Source of the DNA: Betaproteobacteria bacterium
Lineage (GTDB): Bacteria; Pseudomonadota; Gammaproteobacteria; Burkholderiales; SG8-41
Length of the DNA: 64,000 nucleotides
Direction: 5' to 3'
Assembly (NCBI GenBank): GCA_025363435.1
Contig: JANYDY010000031.1
Location: 14,584-78,583, forward strand
The translations under genes were made by a program, and so were the position numbers. The notes beneath the pieces are model-generated. The model saw only the letters and a program-made list of their open reading frames with translations, was not told the DNA's origin and did no database searches. This document shows positions 39,626-50,916 of this stretch, piece by piece (within the stretch, counting starts at the first letter, position 1; each line of letters opens with the position of its first letter).

Positions 39626-40795
39626 CTAGGGGTTGGTCGCGAGATCCAGAAGGTTGACCGGTCGTTCTGCATTCATGATCAACGCATAGGAGGCGCGATC
39701 GAAGACACGGAATATCAGCATCAGGCCATAACGTTCGTCGGGCAGATCGGCTGAAGGCAGATTTGTTTTGTCATCCTTGAACAGCGCGCCCAGTGGCCCG
39801 AGGCGTCCCCATAGCGGCGAATCGCGCGTGACCAGCGGCTCGTTTACATAGCTCGAACTGGTTTTGTCGCTGCCCGGGGCCAGACGCCCCCACAACGGGG
39901 TCTCGCGCAGGCGATTGGTCGATGCATTGAGGTTGCGGTATATCGCGAGCACGTGACCGATTTCAACACCATCTTTAGTGCCACGGTTAAGGGCGACGAT
40001 ACCGTTACCGCCGGTTTCAAACAGACTGCCGTAGGCGGCAATGATCTGCGCGTTGATTATTCTGTTCGGCGCGTGCGGCGAGTAACTGCTGAGTATCGCT
40101 TCGCGCGGCGCCGCAACAAGATAGTCGCCGGAATAAATCTCCAGCGGCGACTTGATGATCTCCAGTGTGCTGACTTCGCCGAACTTTGTGACCATGGCTT
40201 CGCCCAGATAGGTTGCTTCCTGGCCGAGCGATTCATTGGTCTGCGGATCGACGAGTGCGGCACCGGGACGGAATACCTGCCAGTACACACCTTTTTCCTT
40301 GGTTACACCTTTGGCGTAAGCAATACTACCGGCGCCCAGCGCGACGCGGTTTTCCTGGGTGCGCACAATGCGCGGCGCATCCGCCAGCTGACCCGGCACG
40401 ATGACTAGTGGTTGGCTCAGGAATGGTTCGATATCCGCCGTCGGGATGGTCGGAATGGGTTCGGGTTCGCGTGCAGATTCAATCAGTCCGGGCGCAATTT
40501 TTACGGTTTGCGTTTTCAGCAGACGCAGACGCGTTTCGTTATAGCTGCGGTCCATAACCAGCACGTCGCCGGGGGCGATGCGGTTCGGATTGGGAATCTG
40601 CTCCTGGTTGAGCTTCCACAGCTCGTTCCATTTCCAAGGGCTTTTGAGGAAACGACTGGAAATGGTCCACAGGGTGTCGCCGGGAACGACGACATAGCGC
40701 TCCGGCGCGCCCTCAACGAGCTCGTCATTCGTTGCCGCGGGCGCCGGAGCGACCGAACAGCACAATAAAATCAGCGATATAATCGATTTTTGCAT
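39626..40795 (-). CDS. LysM-domain periplasmic protein
   Basis: Start placed at ATG 40795 (GGAGG RBS; signal peptide MQKSIISLILLCCSVAPAPA). LysM motif YVVVPGDTLWTISSRFL. It sits divergent to def, as in many proteobacteria. Confidence 0.85.
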   Translation of the reverse strand: MQKSIISLILLCCSVAPAPAATNDELVEGAPERYVVVPGDTLWTISSRFLKSPWKWNELWKLNQEQIPNPNRIAPGDVLVMDRSYNETRLRLLKTQTVKIAPGLIESAREPEPIPTIPTADIEPFLSQPLVIVPGQLADAPRIVRTQENRVALGAGSIAYAKGVTKEKGVYWQVFRPGAALVDPQTNESLGQEATYLGEAMVTKFGEVSTLEIIKSPLEIYSGDYLVAAPREAILSSYSPHAPNRIINAQIIAAYGSLFETGGNGIVALNRGTKDGVEIGHVLAIYRNLNASTNRLRETPLWGRLAPGSDKTSSSYVNEPLVTRDSPLWGRLGPLGALFKDDKTNLPSADLPDERYGLMLIFRVFDRASYALIMNAERPVNLLDLATNP

Positions 40796-40914
40796 CGCGC
40801 CTCCATTGCAGCCTATCTTGGTAATCACAACAGGCGCGCACCGCGCCTCGCACCAAGCCAATGGTTATATTCTGCTTTAAATTCTCCACCTAATCAATTA
40901 AATTTGCAAGACTT

Positions 40915-41418
40915 ATGCCTTTGTTACCCATACTCCAATACCCCGACGAGCGATTACATCGTATCGCGAGGCCTGTCGGCGCGGTTGACGAAAAAATAAA
41001 GTGTTTAATCAATGACATGGCAGAGACCATGTATTCCGCACCGGGAATTGGTCTCGCCGCAACACAAGTCGATGTTTTATTGCGCATCGTGGTAATCGAC
41101 AGTTCGGCGACCCACGATCAGCTGCGCACATTTATCAATCCCGAAATCATTGCGCACAGCGGCATCTCGTCATTTGAAGAAGGCTGTTTGTCGGTGCCCG
41201 GCATATACGAAAAGGTGCCGCGTGCCGACCGCATAACGGTGCGTGCGCTTGACGCGCAGGGCAAATCGTTCGATCTCGATACCGATGGCCTGCTCGCCGT
41301 ATGCATACAGCATGAAATGGATCACCTTGAGGGCAAGGTTTTCGTTGACTACCTGTCGCGGCTGAAACAGCAGCGCATACTCGACAAGCTCAAGAAGCAA
41401 CGTCGCCGCACAATGTAA
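40915..41418 (+). CDS. def: Peptide deformylase
   Basis: 167 aa with the three PDF motifs [16 protein letters not shown] and HEMDHL. Confidence 0.97.
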   Translation: MPLLPILQYPDERLHRIARPVGAVDEKIKCLINDMAETMYSAPGIGLAATQVDVLLRIVVIDSSATHDQLRTFINPEIIAHSGISSFEEGCLSVPGIYEKVPRADRITVRALDAQGKSFDLDTDGLLAVCIQHEMDHLEGKVFVDYLSRLKQQRILDKLKKQRRRTM

Positions 41419-41501
41419 GGTACGCACTTGCGTAACTGCTCACCGGGGCAAAGCCGTTCGCTGCGCGCAGGGCAGACGGCCGACGATTCCAAAGGGCTTT
41501 G

Positions 41502-42419
41502 ATGAAACTTATTTTTGCCGGCACGCCGGAGTTTGCCGCCGTTGCGCTCGCTGCGTTGCATGATGCCGGCCATGAAATCGCACTGGTGCTGACGCAGCCG
41601 GACCGGCCGGCCGGTCGCGGTATGCACGAACGCGAAAGCCGCGTAAAAGCCGTTGCGAAAAATAAATCACTGCGGGTCGCACAGCCTGCCAACCTGAAGA
41701 CTGCCGAGATTCAAGCGTTGCTGCGAGAAGTTGCGCCGGAGGCGATTGTGGTCGCCGCCTATGGCTTGATCCTGCCGCCTGCGGTGCTCGAAATTCCGCC
41801 GCGCGGCTGCCTTAACATCCACGCGTCATTGTTGCCGCGCTGGCGCGGCGCGGCACCGATTCAGCGCGCGTTGCTCGCCGGTGATGACGAGACCGGCGTT
41901 ACGATCATGCAAATGAACGCCGGACTCGATACCGGCGATATTTTGTTGCGCGAGGCGACCCCGGTCACGGACAACGATACCGCGGCAAGCCTGCACGACA
42001 GGCTCGCTGTGATCGGCGGACGTTGCATCCTTCGCGCCTTGCAAGAGCGGCCCGCGCCGGTTGCGCAGAACAATGCTGCGGCGACCTATGCCGCAAAAAT
42101 CACCAAGACCGAATCCGCCATTGACTGGACAATGGGTGCTGCAGAAATCTGTCGCCGCATTCGCGCTTACAATCCGGTGCCCGGCGCGACGACGCTACTG
42201 GATGGCGGCGTATTAAAAATCTGGCAGGCGCAAGCGGTCGCGCACACACGCGCTATGGCGGGTGCGGTTTTGAATCTGGACGCCGATGGCATCACGGTGG
42301 CGGCCGGCGACGGCGCGGTGCGCATTCTGGAATTGCAAAAGGCCGGTGGCAAACGATTGCCGGTGGCCGCATTTTTGGCGGGAACGCGCCTTCAGGCCGG
42401 CGCGCGATTGGGAGTTTGA
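41502..42419 (+). CDS. fmt: Methionyl-tRNA formyltransferase
   Basis: 305 aa from ATG 41502. Contains IFAGTPEFA and the HASLLPRWRGAAPIQ motif. Confidence 0.96.
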   Translation: MKLIFAGTPEFAAVALAALHDAGHEIALVLTQPDRPAGRGMHERESRVKAVAKNKSLRVAQPANLKTAEIQALLREVAPEAIVVAAYGLILPPAVLEIPPRGCLNIHASLLPRWRGAAPIQRALLAGDDETGVTIMQMNAGLDTGDILLREATPVTDNDTAASLHDRLAVIGGRCILRALQERPAPVAQNNAAATYAAKITKTESAIDWTMGAAEICRRIRAYNPVPGATTLLDGGVLKIWQAQAVAHTRAMAGAVLNLDADGITVAAGDGAVRILELQKAGGKRLPVAAFLAGTRLQAGARLGV

Positions 42420-42436
42420 CGCATTGCTAGATAACC

Positions 42437-43720
42437 GTGCTTGAAATTCAGCAGATCGCCTGCGCGACCGTTGCTGCGGTGCGCGCCGGTCGCAACCTCA
42501 ACGCAGTGCTGGCGGAGCAGCGCGCGAGCCATCCGCAATTGACCGCGCAACAGCTGGGGGCCGTTAACGATTTGAGTTACGGTACGCTGCGCTTCGGTTT
42601 TCAGCTCGATTGCGTGCTGGCCGAGCTGTTGAACAAACCGATGCAGGACGCCGATCTGCGCTGGTTGTTGTTGATTGCGCTATATCAACTCGAGCACACG
42701 CGCGCTGCACCGTATGCCATCGTCGATCACGCGGTACGCACGGCAACGGCGCTTGGCTACGCGCACGCCGGCGGACTCGTCAACGCCGTATTGCGGAATT
42801 TTCTGCGCAAGCGCGAAGCAATTCTCGCCAAGGCGCAGCTTACGGATGTCGGGCGTTTCGCTTTTCCGCAATGGTGGATTACGCGGCTGCGCTGCCAGTA
42901 CCCGCAGCATTACGCAGCCATTCTGGAGGCTTGCAATACCCATCCGCCGTTGACGCTGCGCGTAAATTGCCGGCGCACCGGCGTCGCTGATTATCTGGCC
43001 GAACTAGCGAAGAACGACATCGCAGCACGGCAGACCGGCGACTGGGCCGTACGTATCGAACAGCCGGTGGCGGTCGACCGGCTGCCTGGATTCAGCGCCG
43101 GCGTGGTGTCGGTACAGGATGCCGCCGCGCAATACGCCGCACCCCTGCTTGATGCGCAGCCCGGCATGCGGGTGCTCGATGCCTGCGCCGCCCCCGGCGG
43201 CAAGACGACCCATCTGCTCGAAATTGCGGAGCTCGACCTCACGGCGATCGACAGCGACGCAACGCGGCTTCAACGTGTACGCGAAAACCTCGATCGTTTG
43301 CAGCTTGCGGCCACGCTGGTTACGGCAGACGTGCAGGCGCTCGATACCTGGTGGGACGGTAAACCGTTTGATCGCGTACTGGCTGATGTGCCGTGCACGG
43401 CGTCGGGTGTGGTGCGGCGCCATCCCGATATCAAGTGGCTGCGGCGCGCTGTTGATATTGCCCGCTTTGCATCGCAACAGCGCAACATGCTCGATGCTTT
43501 GTGGCGGGTGCTCGCCAGTGGTGGTAAATTGTTGTATGCAACCTGTTCGATTTTCGACGAGGAAAACTCGCGGCAAATCGAGGATTTTCTCGCGTGCCAT
43601 GCCGATGCCCGGCGCTTGACGTTGAGCGAGGCGATTTCCACCAACGGGATACCGGAGGGCCAGTTGCTGCCGGATAACGAGCATGACGGTTTTTTTTACG
43701 CGCTCCTGCAAAAAATATAG
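42437..43720 (+). CDS. rsmB: 16S rRNA (cytosine967-C5)-methyltransferase
   Basis: 427 aa with a GTG start. NusB-like N-terminal domain, SAM site DACAAPGGKT, and catalytic PCTASGVVRRHPD / ATCS motifs. Confidence 0.94.
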   Translation: MLEIQQIACATVAAVRAGRNLNAVLAEQRASHPQLTAQQLGAVNDLSYGTLRFGFQLDCVLAELLNKPMQDADLRWLLLIALYQLEHTRAAPYAIVDHAVRTATALGYAHAGGLVNAVLRNFLRKREAILAKAQLTDVGRFAFPQWWITRLRCQYPQHYAAILEACNTHPPLTLRVNCRRTGVADYLAELAKNDIAARQTGDWAVRIEQPVAVDRLPGFSAGVVSVQDAAAQYAAPLLDAQPGMRVLDACAAPGGKTTHLLEIAELDLTAIDSDATRLQRVRENLDRLQLAATLVTADVQALDTWWDGKPFDRVLADVPCTASGVVRRHPDIKWLRRAVDIARFASQQRNMLDALWRVLASGGKLLYATCSIFDEENSRQIEDFLACHADARRLTLSEAISTNGIPEGQLLPDNEHDGFFYALLQKI

Positions 43721-44261
43721 CCTGCTTTTGCTGCTCGCTGCGCTGGCATTCATGATGCTGGTGCTGCCGGCGCGCGCAGAGGGCATTCTCGTTCGCGACG
43801 CCGCGCTGGTGGCCGCCGAGGAAGGTTACTATCTCGAAGCCGATTTCGAGATCACCCTCAACACCACGCTTGAAGACGCGCTCAACAAGGGCGTGCCGCT
43901 TTATTTCCTGCTCGAATTTGAAATTATCCGGCCGCGCTGGTACTGGCTTGACGACAAAGTCGTCAACACGCAACAACAGTACCGGCTGGCTTATAACGCG
44001 CTGACCCGCCAGTACCGCCTCGGCATCGGCGCGTTTTTTCAGAATTTCAACGACCTCAACGAAGCGCTGGGTTTTCTCAGCCGCGTGCGCCGGCGTCAGG
44101 TGCTTGAACTCGGCACGCTCAGCCGCGGCGCCATCTACGCCGCCGCAGTGCGCATGCGTCTGGATGTATCGCAGTTGCCGAAGCCGTTTCAATTGAATGC
44201 ACTGGCGTCGCGCGACTGGAATTTGAGTTCCGACTGGCATCGTTGGAGCGTCAAGCCGTGA
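43683..44261 (+). CDS. DUF4390-like secreted protein
   Basis: 192 aa with a signal peptide (LLLLLAALAFMMLVLPARAEG). It sits between rsmB and ntrY, as in other betaproteobacteria. It overlaps rsmB by 38 nt and shares one base with the ntrY start (TGATG). Confidence 0.75.
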   Translation: MTVFFTRSCKKYSLLLLLAALAFMMLVLPARAEGILVRDAALVAAEEGYYLEADFEITLNTTLEDALNKGVPLYFLLEFEIIRPRWYWLDDKVVNTQQQYRLAYNALTRQYRLGIGAFFQNFNDLNEALGFLSRVRRRQVLELGTLSRGAIYAAAVRMRLDVSQLPKPFQLNALASRDWNLSSDWHRWSVKP

Positions 44262-46453
44262 TGCTGCAGATCGCAAATCTGCGACCGGCATTAAAAAGCG
44301 GCGCCGTCACCTACCTGCTGGTGTTGTGTGTGGTGGTTGGCGCGGTCACGCTCTATCTGCTGGCGACGGCAACCGCCAACACGGCGTTGTTCGCGCAGCA
44401 CTACCCCTTGCTGCTGGCGCTGAACGGCGGTCTTGCCGCCTGCCTCGCGATGTTGCTGGGTTATCAACTATTCACCCTGCGGCAGAAACTCAAGGCCGGT
44501 GTTTTCGGCGCCAAGCTGACGCTGCGCCTGGTGGTTTTGTTTGCGCTGGTCGCGGTGCTGCCGGGCGCGCTGGTCTACGGCGTTTCGGTGCAGTTTGTCG
44601 CCAAGAGCATTGAATCGTGGTTCGACGTGCGCGTGGAAAAAGCGCTCGAGGGCGGGCTCAATCTCGGGCGCACTACGCTCGACAATCTGCTCAAGGATCT
44701 CGCCAAGAAAGCTGACGTGATGGCGGGTTCCTTGACGGTGCGGCCGGTTGCCGAACACATCACCGCGTTGAACACATTGCGCGAGCAGGCCGGTATTTAC
44801 GAGGCGACGCTGTTCACTTCGCGCGGCAAAATCATCGCGCATGCGGGCATCGAGCGCGCGGTGCTAATGCCGGAACTGCCGGGGGCGACGGTATTGCGGC
44901 AGCTGCGGCTGCAACAGAGTTACAGCGCAGTCGAATCCATTCCGGAAAAAGGTCTTGTCCTGCGCGTGTTGATGCCGATCAATGTCATCAGTCTGCAGGA
45001 AGACACGCGCATTCTGCAGGTGTTGCAGCCGGTGCCGCAGCAACTCGCGCTTGACGCCGAGGTCGTGCAGACGGGACAACGCGAGTACCAGGAATTACTG
45101 CTGTCCAGGCAGGGGCTGCGTAATTTATATGGAATAACGCTGACGCTGACGCTGCTGCTGGCGCTACTGACGGCGCTGTCTTTGGCTTTTGTGCTGAGCG
45201 AACGCTTGTCCGCGCCGCTGAGCTTTCTGGCCGAGGGCACGCGCGCGGTCGCAAAGGGCGATTTCAGCCAGCGCGAAACCATTTCGAGCAAAGACGAACT
45301 CGGCATACTCATGCAATCGTTCAACACGATGCGTCAGCAGCTTGCCGAAACGCGCGCCGTTGTCGAACGCAATCAGACCCAGCTCGCCGATGCGCACGCC
45401 TACGTGCAGGGCATACTCGACAATCTGTCGGCCGGTGTCCTCGCCTTCGATGACCGCATGCGTCTGCGTTCATATAACAACAGTGCCGTTGCCATTCTGG
45501 ATACGGCGGTCGACAGTCTCGCCGGCATCGAGCCCGAGCGCTGGCATGAGCGCGTGCCGGCACTCGGCAAGCTGGCCGGTGAAGTTGCCGCCGCCTTCCG
45601 CACCGGTAATCGCGGTGAATGGGAAAAACAGATCGAGTATGCCGGACGCAAAGGCGAACAAATGCTGCTCTTGCGCGGCACCCGGCTGCCGGCCGGAAGC
45701 GCCACCGGCTATGTCGTGGTGTTCGATGATATTACTCACGTACTGCAGTCGCAGCGCGATGCCGCATGGACCGAAGTGGCGCGCCGGCTTGCGCACGAAA
45801 TCAAAAATCCGCTGACGCCGATTCAGCTGTCGGCCGAGCGCCTGCAGATGAAGTTGTCGGACAAGCTCGCCGGGCCCGATGCCGAGATGCTGGCGCGCTC
45901 CACGCAGACCATCGTCAATCAGGTCGCCGCGCTGAAAAACATGGTTGATGCTTTCCGTCAGTACGCGCGCATGCCCGAACCGACGGTGCAGACGATCGAT
46001 CTCAATGCCTTGATGCGCGAAGTGCTGACCTTGTATGAATCACACGCCGACTGGTTTCATCTTGAATTTGCCGCCGACCTGCCGTACTTCGTCGGCGATC
46101 CGGCGCAACTGCGTCAGGTCATGCACAATCTTTTGCAGAATGCGCAGGATACGCTGGCCGAAGTTGCCGATCCGCGCATCGAAGTGCGTTCCGAGCGCGT
46201 CGAGGGCGGCATACGCGTGACTATTACCGACAACGGCGCCGGTTTTCCCGAGGCGCTGATGAAGCGCGCATTCGAACCCTATGTGACCACCAAACCCAAA
46301 GGCACGGGGCTGGGACTGGTTATCGTGAAAAAGATTGTCGAAGAACACGGCGGCAGCGTAGCCATAACGAATGTTTCACCGCGTGGCGCACGCGTAGTCC
46401 TGACGTTTGCAACACAGGCCGCGCAACGGCCGCGCGCGGCGGCGAGCGCATAA
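44261..46453 (+). CDS. ntrY: NtrY-type sensor histidine kinase
   Basis: N-terminal TM segments, HAMP, PAS, H-box RLAHEIKNPLTPIQLSAERL and HATPase (GTGLGLVIVKKIVEEHGG). Start taken at ATG 44261. The ORF track extends to a TTG at 44243. Confidence 0.9.
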   Translation: MLQIANLRPALKSGAVTYLLVLCVVVGAVTLYLLATATANTALFAQHYPLLLALNGGLAACLAMLLGYQLFTLRQKLKAGVFGAKLTLRLVVLFALVAVLPGALVYGVSVQFVAKSIESWFDVRVEKALEGGLNLGRTTLDNLLKDLAKKADVMAGSLTVRPVAEHITALNTLREQAGIYEATLFTSRGKIIAHAGIERAVLMPELPGATVLRQLRLQQSYSAVESIPEKGLVLRVLMPINVISLQEDTRILQVLQPVPQQLALDAEVVQTGQREYQELLLSRQGLRNLYGITLTLTLLLALLTALSLAFVLSERLSAPLSFLAEGTRAVAKGDFSQRETISSKDELGILMQSFNTMRQQLAETRAVVERNQTQLADAHAYVQGILDNLSAGVLAFDDRMRLRSYNNSAVAILDTAVDSLAGIEPERWHERVPALGKLAGEVAAAFRTGNRGEWEKQIEYAGRKGEQMLLLRGTRLPAGSATGYVVVFDDITHVLQSQRDAAWTEVARRLAHEIKNPLTPIQLSAERLQMKLSDKLAGPDAEMLARSTQTIVNQVAALKNMVDAFRQYARMPEPTVQTIDLNALMREVLTLYESHADWFHLEFAADLPYFVGDPAQLRQVMHNLLQNAQDTLAEVADPRIEVRSERVEGGIRVTITDNGAGFPEALMKRAFEPYVTTKPKGTGLGLVIVKKIVEEHGGSVAITNVSPRGARVVLTFATQAAQRPRAAASA

Positions 46454-46473
46454 ACAGGATCGGACGAAACGAC

Positions 46474-47730
46474 ATGCAACAGATACTGGTGGTAGACGAC
46501 GAAATCGGCATCCGCGAACTCTTGTCGGAGATTTTGCGCGACGAGGGCTATCAAATCCGGCTCGCCGAGAACGCAACGCAGGCGCGCGCGCAGCGCCTGC
46601 AGGCGCGGCCCGATCTGGTGCTGCTGGATATCTGGATGCCGGACACCGACGGCATCACGCTGCTCAAAGAATGGGCCAGCGCCGGTTTGTTGACCATGCC
46701 GGTGGTCATGATGTCCGGTCACGGCACTATCGATACCGCGGTGGAAGCGACGCGCATCGGCGCTTTTGATTTTCTCGAAAAACCGATCACGCTGCAAAAG
46801 CTGCTCGCTACCGTCGGCAAGGCTTTGCGCAGCGGTGAGCAGAAGGTAAAGCCGACGCTGATGTTGTCGACGCTCGGTCGCGCGCCCATCGTCAACGACC
46901 TCAAGCAGCGTCTGGAAAAAATCGCCAACCTGAAGTCTCCGCTGCTGCTCACCGGGGAGCCCGGCACCGGCGTCGAGTTGTGCGCAAAATTTATCCATTC
47001 ACCGACAACGCCGTGGATTGCGCCGGAACATCTGTCGGCACTGGCGGAAGCGCCGCTCGACCTGCTGGAACAGGCGCGCGAAGGCAGCTTGTTTTTGCAT
47101 GAAGTCGGCGACCTCAACCGGATGGAGCAAAAAGGACTGCTGCTGCTGCTCGGCAAAATCGAGAAATACAACGCACGCCTGATTTGCGCCAGCGCAAAAC
47201 CGCTGGCCGAACAGGTTGCGCAGGGAACATTTGATGCGCGCCTCTACAGCGCGATTGCCACGGTCACGCTGCACGTACCGAATCTGCGCGAGCATCGCGA
47301 GGACATTCCGGATCTGGCCAATCTGTTTCTGCTGCGCTGTATCGAGGCCAAGGAAGTTGCGCAGCGCCACTTCAGCACCGCGGCATTGAACGCCCTGCGC
47401 AATTTCGAATGGCCGGGCAATCTGGCGCAGCTCGAAAGCACCGTCAGATCGCTGGCATTAACCGCCGCCGGCGAGGAAATTGCGGTCGGTGAAGTCAATC
47501 AGTCGCTCGCCCAATTCGGCGGCCAGTCGTCGCTGGCGCACGGGCTGCAGCTGGATCTGCCCCTGCGCGATGCGCGCGACGCCTTCGAGCGCATCTATTT
47601 CGAGCATCATATCTCGCGCGAAGGCGGCAATATGAGCCGGGTCGCCGACACCGTCGGGCTGGAGCGCACTCACCTCTACCGCAAGCTCAAACAACTCGGC
47701 ATCAAGCTGGCGCGTCGCTCTGACGAATAG
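46474..47730 (+). CDS. ntrX: NtrX-type response regulator (REC, degenerate AAA+, Fis-type HTH)
   Basis: 418 aa. REC domain with LVLLDIWMPD. Central domain shows GEPGTGVE (no Walker A Lys), LFLHEV (no Walker B Asp) and no GAFTGA. It retains WPGNLAQLES and the C-terminal HTH NMSRVADTVGLERTHLYRKLKQLGI. Confidence 0.88.
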   Translation: MQQILVVDDEIGIRELLSEILRDEGYQIRLAENATQARAQRLQARPDLVLLDIWMPDTDGITLLKEWASAGLLTMPVVMMSGHGTIDTAVEATRIGAFDFLEKPITLQKLLATVGKALRSGEQKVKPTLMLSTLGRAPIVNDLKQRLEKIANLKSPLLLTGEPGTGVELCAKFIHSPTTPWIAPEHLSALAEAPLDLLEQAREGSLFLHEVGDLNRMEQKGLLLLLGKIEKYNARLICASAKPLAEQVAQGTFDARLYSAIATVTLHVPNLREHREDIPDLANLFLLRCIEAKEVAQRHFSTAALNALRNFEWPGNLAQLESTVRSLALTAAGEEIAVGEVNQSLAQFGGQSSLAHGLQLDLPLRDARDAFERIYFEHHISREGGNMSRVADTVGLERTHLYRKLKQLGIKLARRSDE

Positions 47731-47844
47731 ATATGCCGCGTAACTGATCACCAGCGACCGCCGAGCGTAGCCAAAATTCGTGGTTTCTACGATAATTACG
47801 CCTCCCGCAAGTCGCCTGACCCCGACCCCCGCAAGGACTACCGA

Positions 47845-49842
47845 ATGGGCTCCCGCCTCGACCTTACCAACGCGATCCGCGCGCTCGCGATGGACGCCGT
47901 TCAACAGGCCAATTCCGGCCATCCCGGCATGCCGATGGGCATGGCCGAAATCGCCGAGGTGTTGTGGCGCCTCAATTTAAAACACAATCCTGCTGACCCG
48001 AAGTGGGCCGACCGCGACCGGTTTGTTTTGTCGAACGGTCATGGTTCGATGCTGCTCTACGCTTTGCTGCATCTCACCGGCTACGATTTACCGATTGAAG
48101 AAATCCGCAAATTTCGCCAGCTGCATTCGAAAACGCCGGGCCACCCCGAATATGGCGTCACGCCCGGCGTTGAAACCACCACCGGTCCGCTCGGTCAGGG
48201 CATTTCCAACGCGGTTGGCATGGCACTGGCAGAGAAACTTCTCGCCGCCGAATTCAACCGGCCCGGCCACACGATCGTCGACCACCGCACGTATGTATTT
48301 CTCGGCGACGGCTGTTTGATGGAAGGCATTTCGCACGAAGCCTGTTCGCTGGCCGGCACGCTGGGCCTCGGCAAGCTCATCGCGTTCTACGACGACAACG
48401 GTATTTCGATCGATGGCAAGGTCGAGGGCTGGTTTACCGACGACACGCCTAAACGCTTCGAAGCGTACGGCTGGTATGTTGTGCCGAACGTCGACGGTCA
48501 CGATGCCGCGGCGATCGAAGCCGCGCTTAAAAAAGCGCAGGCAGTGACCGACAAACCCAGCTTTATCTGCTGCAAGACGGTCATCGGTAAGGGTTCGCCC
48601 AACAAGCAGGGTTCTGCAGATACGCACGGTGCAGCGCTCGGCGAAAAAGAAATAACCGCAACGCGCGCCAACCTCGGCTGGAACCATCCGCCGTTTGAAA
48701 TCCCGGAAACGATACGCGCCGAATGGGATCAGCGTAAAAAAGGCGCGGCCGCGCAAAGCGAATGGGCCGGCAAATTTTCCGCTTACGCCGCCGCACATCC
48801 GGATCTCGCGCAGGAGTTCAAGCGCCGCATGGCCGGCGAATTGCCGGCGAGCTTTGCTGTCGATGCAGCGGCGGCTATCGACACCGCCAATACTAAAGCG
48901 GAGACCGTAGCAACGCGCAAAGCCTCGCAGCTGGCGCTGACCCAGCTCGCGCCGAAATTGCCCGAGTTGCTCGGCGGCTCGGCGGATTTGATGGGCAGTG
49001 TCTTTACCAACTGGCCCGGCAGCAAAGTCGTCACGCACAGCGAAGCCGGCAACATCGTCAACTTCGGCGTGCGCGAATTCGCCATGGCGGCAATCACCAA
49101 CGGCATGGCGCTGCACGGGGGCTATATTCCCGAGACCGGCACGTTTTTGACCTTCTCCGATTATTCACGCAACGCATTGCGCATGGCTGCGCTGATGAAG
49201 CTGCGCAATATTTTTGTTTTTACGCACGACTCCATCGGCTTGGGCGAAGACGGCCCGACCCATCAGGCCGTCGAACAAACGTCGAGCCTGCGCCTGATTC
49301 CGCACATGAATGTGTGGCGTCCCTGCGACACGGTGGAATCAACGGCGGCGTGGACGCATGCGCTGGCGCGCAAGGACGGCCCGACCTGTTTTATTTTGTC
49401 GCGACAGAACCTGCCGTTCCAGAAGCGCGATGCGAAACAAATTGAAAACATCAAACGCGGCGGTTATGTGCTGGCGGCGGCAGCGACGCCCAAAGCGGTG
49501 ATTATTGCGACAGGTTCCGAGGTGGCGCTGGCCATGGGGGCGCGCGCCGAACTGGAAAAAACCGGCATCGCGGTCAGCGTGGTGTCGATGCCCTGCACGT
49601 CGTTGTTCGATGCGCAGGATGCGGCCTATCGCGCCTCGGTGCTGCCGGCGGGCGTGCCGCGCGTGGCGATTGAAGCCGGTGTTACCGACTACTGGCGCAA
49701 GTACGTCGGCGCGGTCGATTCAAACGCCGGCGCCGTCATCGGCATCGACAGCTTCGGCGAATCGGCCCCGGCCGGCGAACTGTTCAAGCATTTTGGTTTT
49801 ACCGTTGAGCACGTGGTCTCGGTGGTACGGCAATTGCTCTAA
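47845..49842 (+). CDS. tkt: Transketolase
   Basis: 665 aa. N-terminal ...[26 protein letters not shown] and TPP-binding [13 protein letters not shown] motifs. Confidence 0.97.
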   Translation: MGSRLDLTNAIRALAMDAVQQANSGHPGMPMGMAEIAEVLWRLNLKHNPADPKWADRDRFVLSNGHGSMLLYALLHLTGYDLPIEEIRKFRQLHSKTPGHPEYGVTPGVETTTGPLGQGISNAVGMALAEKLLAAEFNRPGHTIVDHRTYVFLGDGCLMEGISHEACSLAGTLGLGKLIAFYDDNGISIDGKVEGWFTDDTPKRFEAYGWYVVPNVDGHDAAAIEAALKKAQAVTDKPSFICCKTVIGKGSPNKQGSADTHGAALGEKEITATRANLGWNHPPFEIPETIRAEWDQRKKGAAAQSEWAGKFSAYAAAHPDLAQEFKRRMAGELPASFAVDAAAAIDTANTKAETVATRKASQLALTQLAPKLPELLGGSADLMGSVFTNWPGSKVVTHSEAGNIVNFGVREFAMAAITNGMALHGGYIPETGTFLTFSDYSRNALRMAALMKLRNIFVFTHDSIGLGEDGPTHQAVEQTSSLRLIPHMNVWRPCDTVESTAAWTHALARKDGPTCFILSRQNLPFQKRDAKQIENIKRGGYVLAAAATPKAVIIATGSEVALAMGARAELEKTGIAVSVVSMPCTSLFDAQDAAYRASVLPAGVPRVAIEAGVTDYWRKYVGAVDSNAGAVIGIDSFGESAPAGELFKHFGFTVEHVVSVVRQLL

Positions 49843-50895
<1,053 letters not shown>

Positions 50896-50916
50896 CAGCG
50901 TTACCGGTATTCCCGT

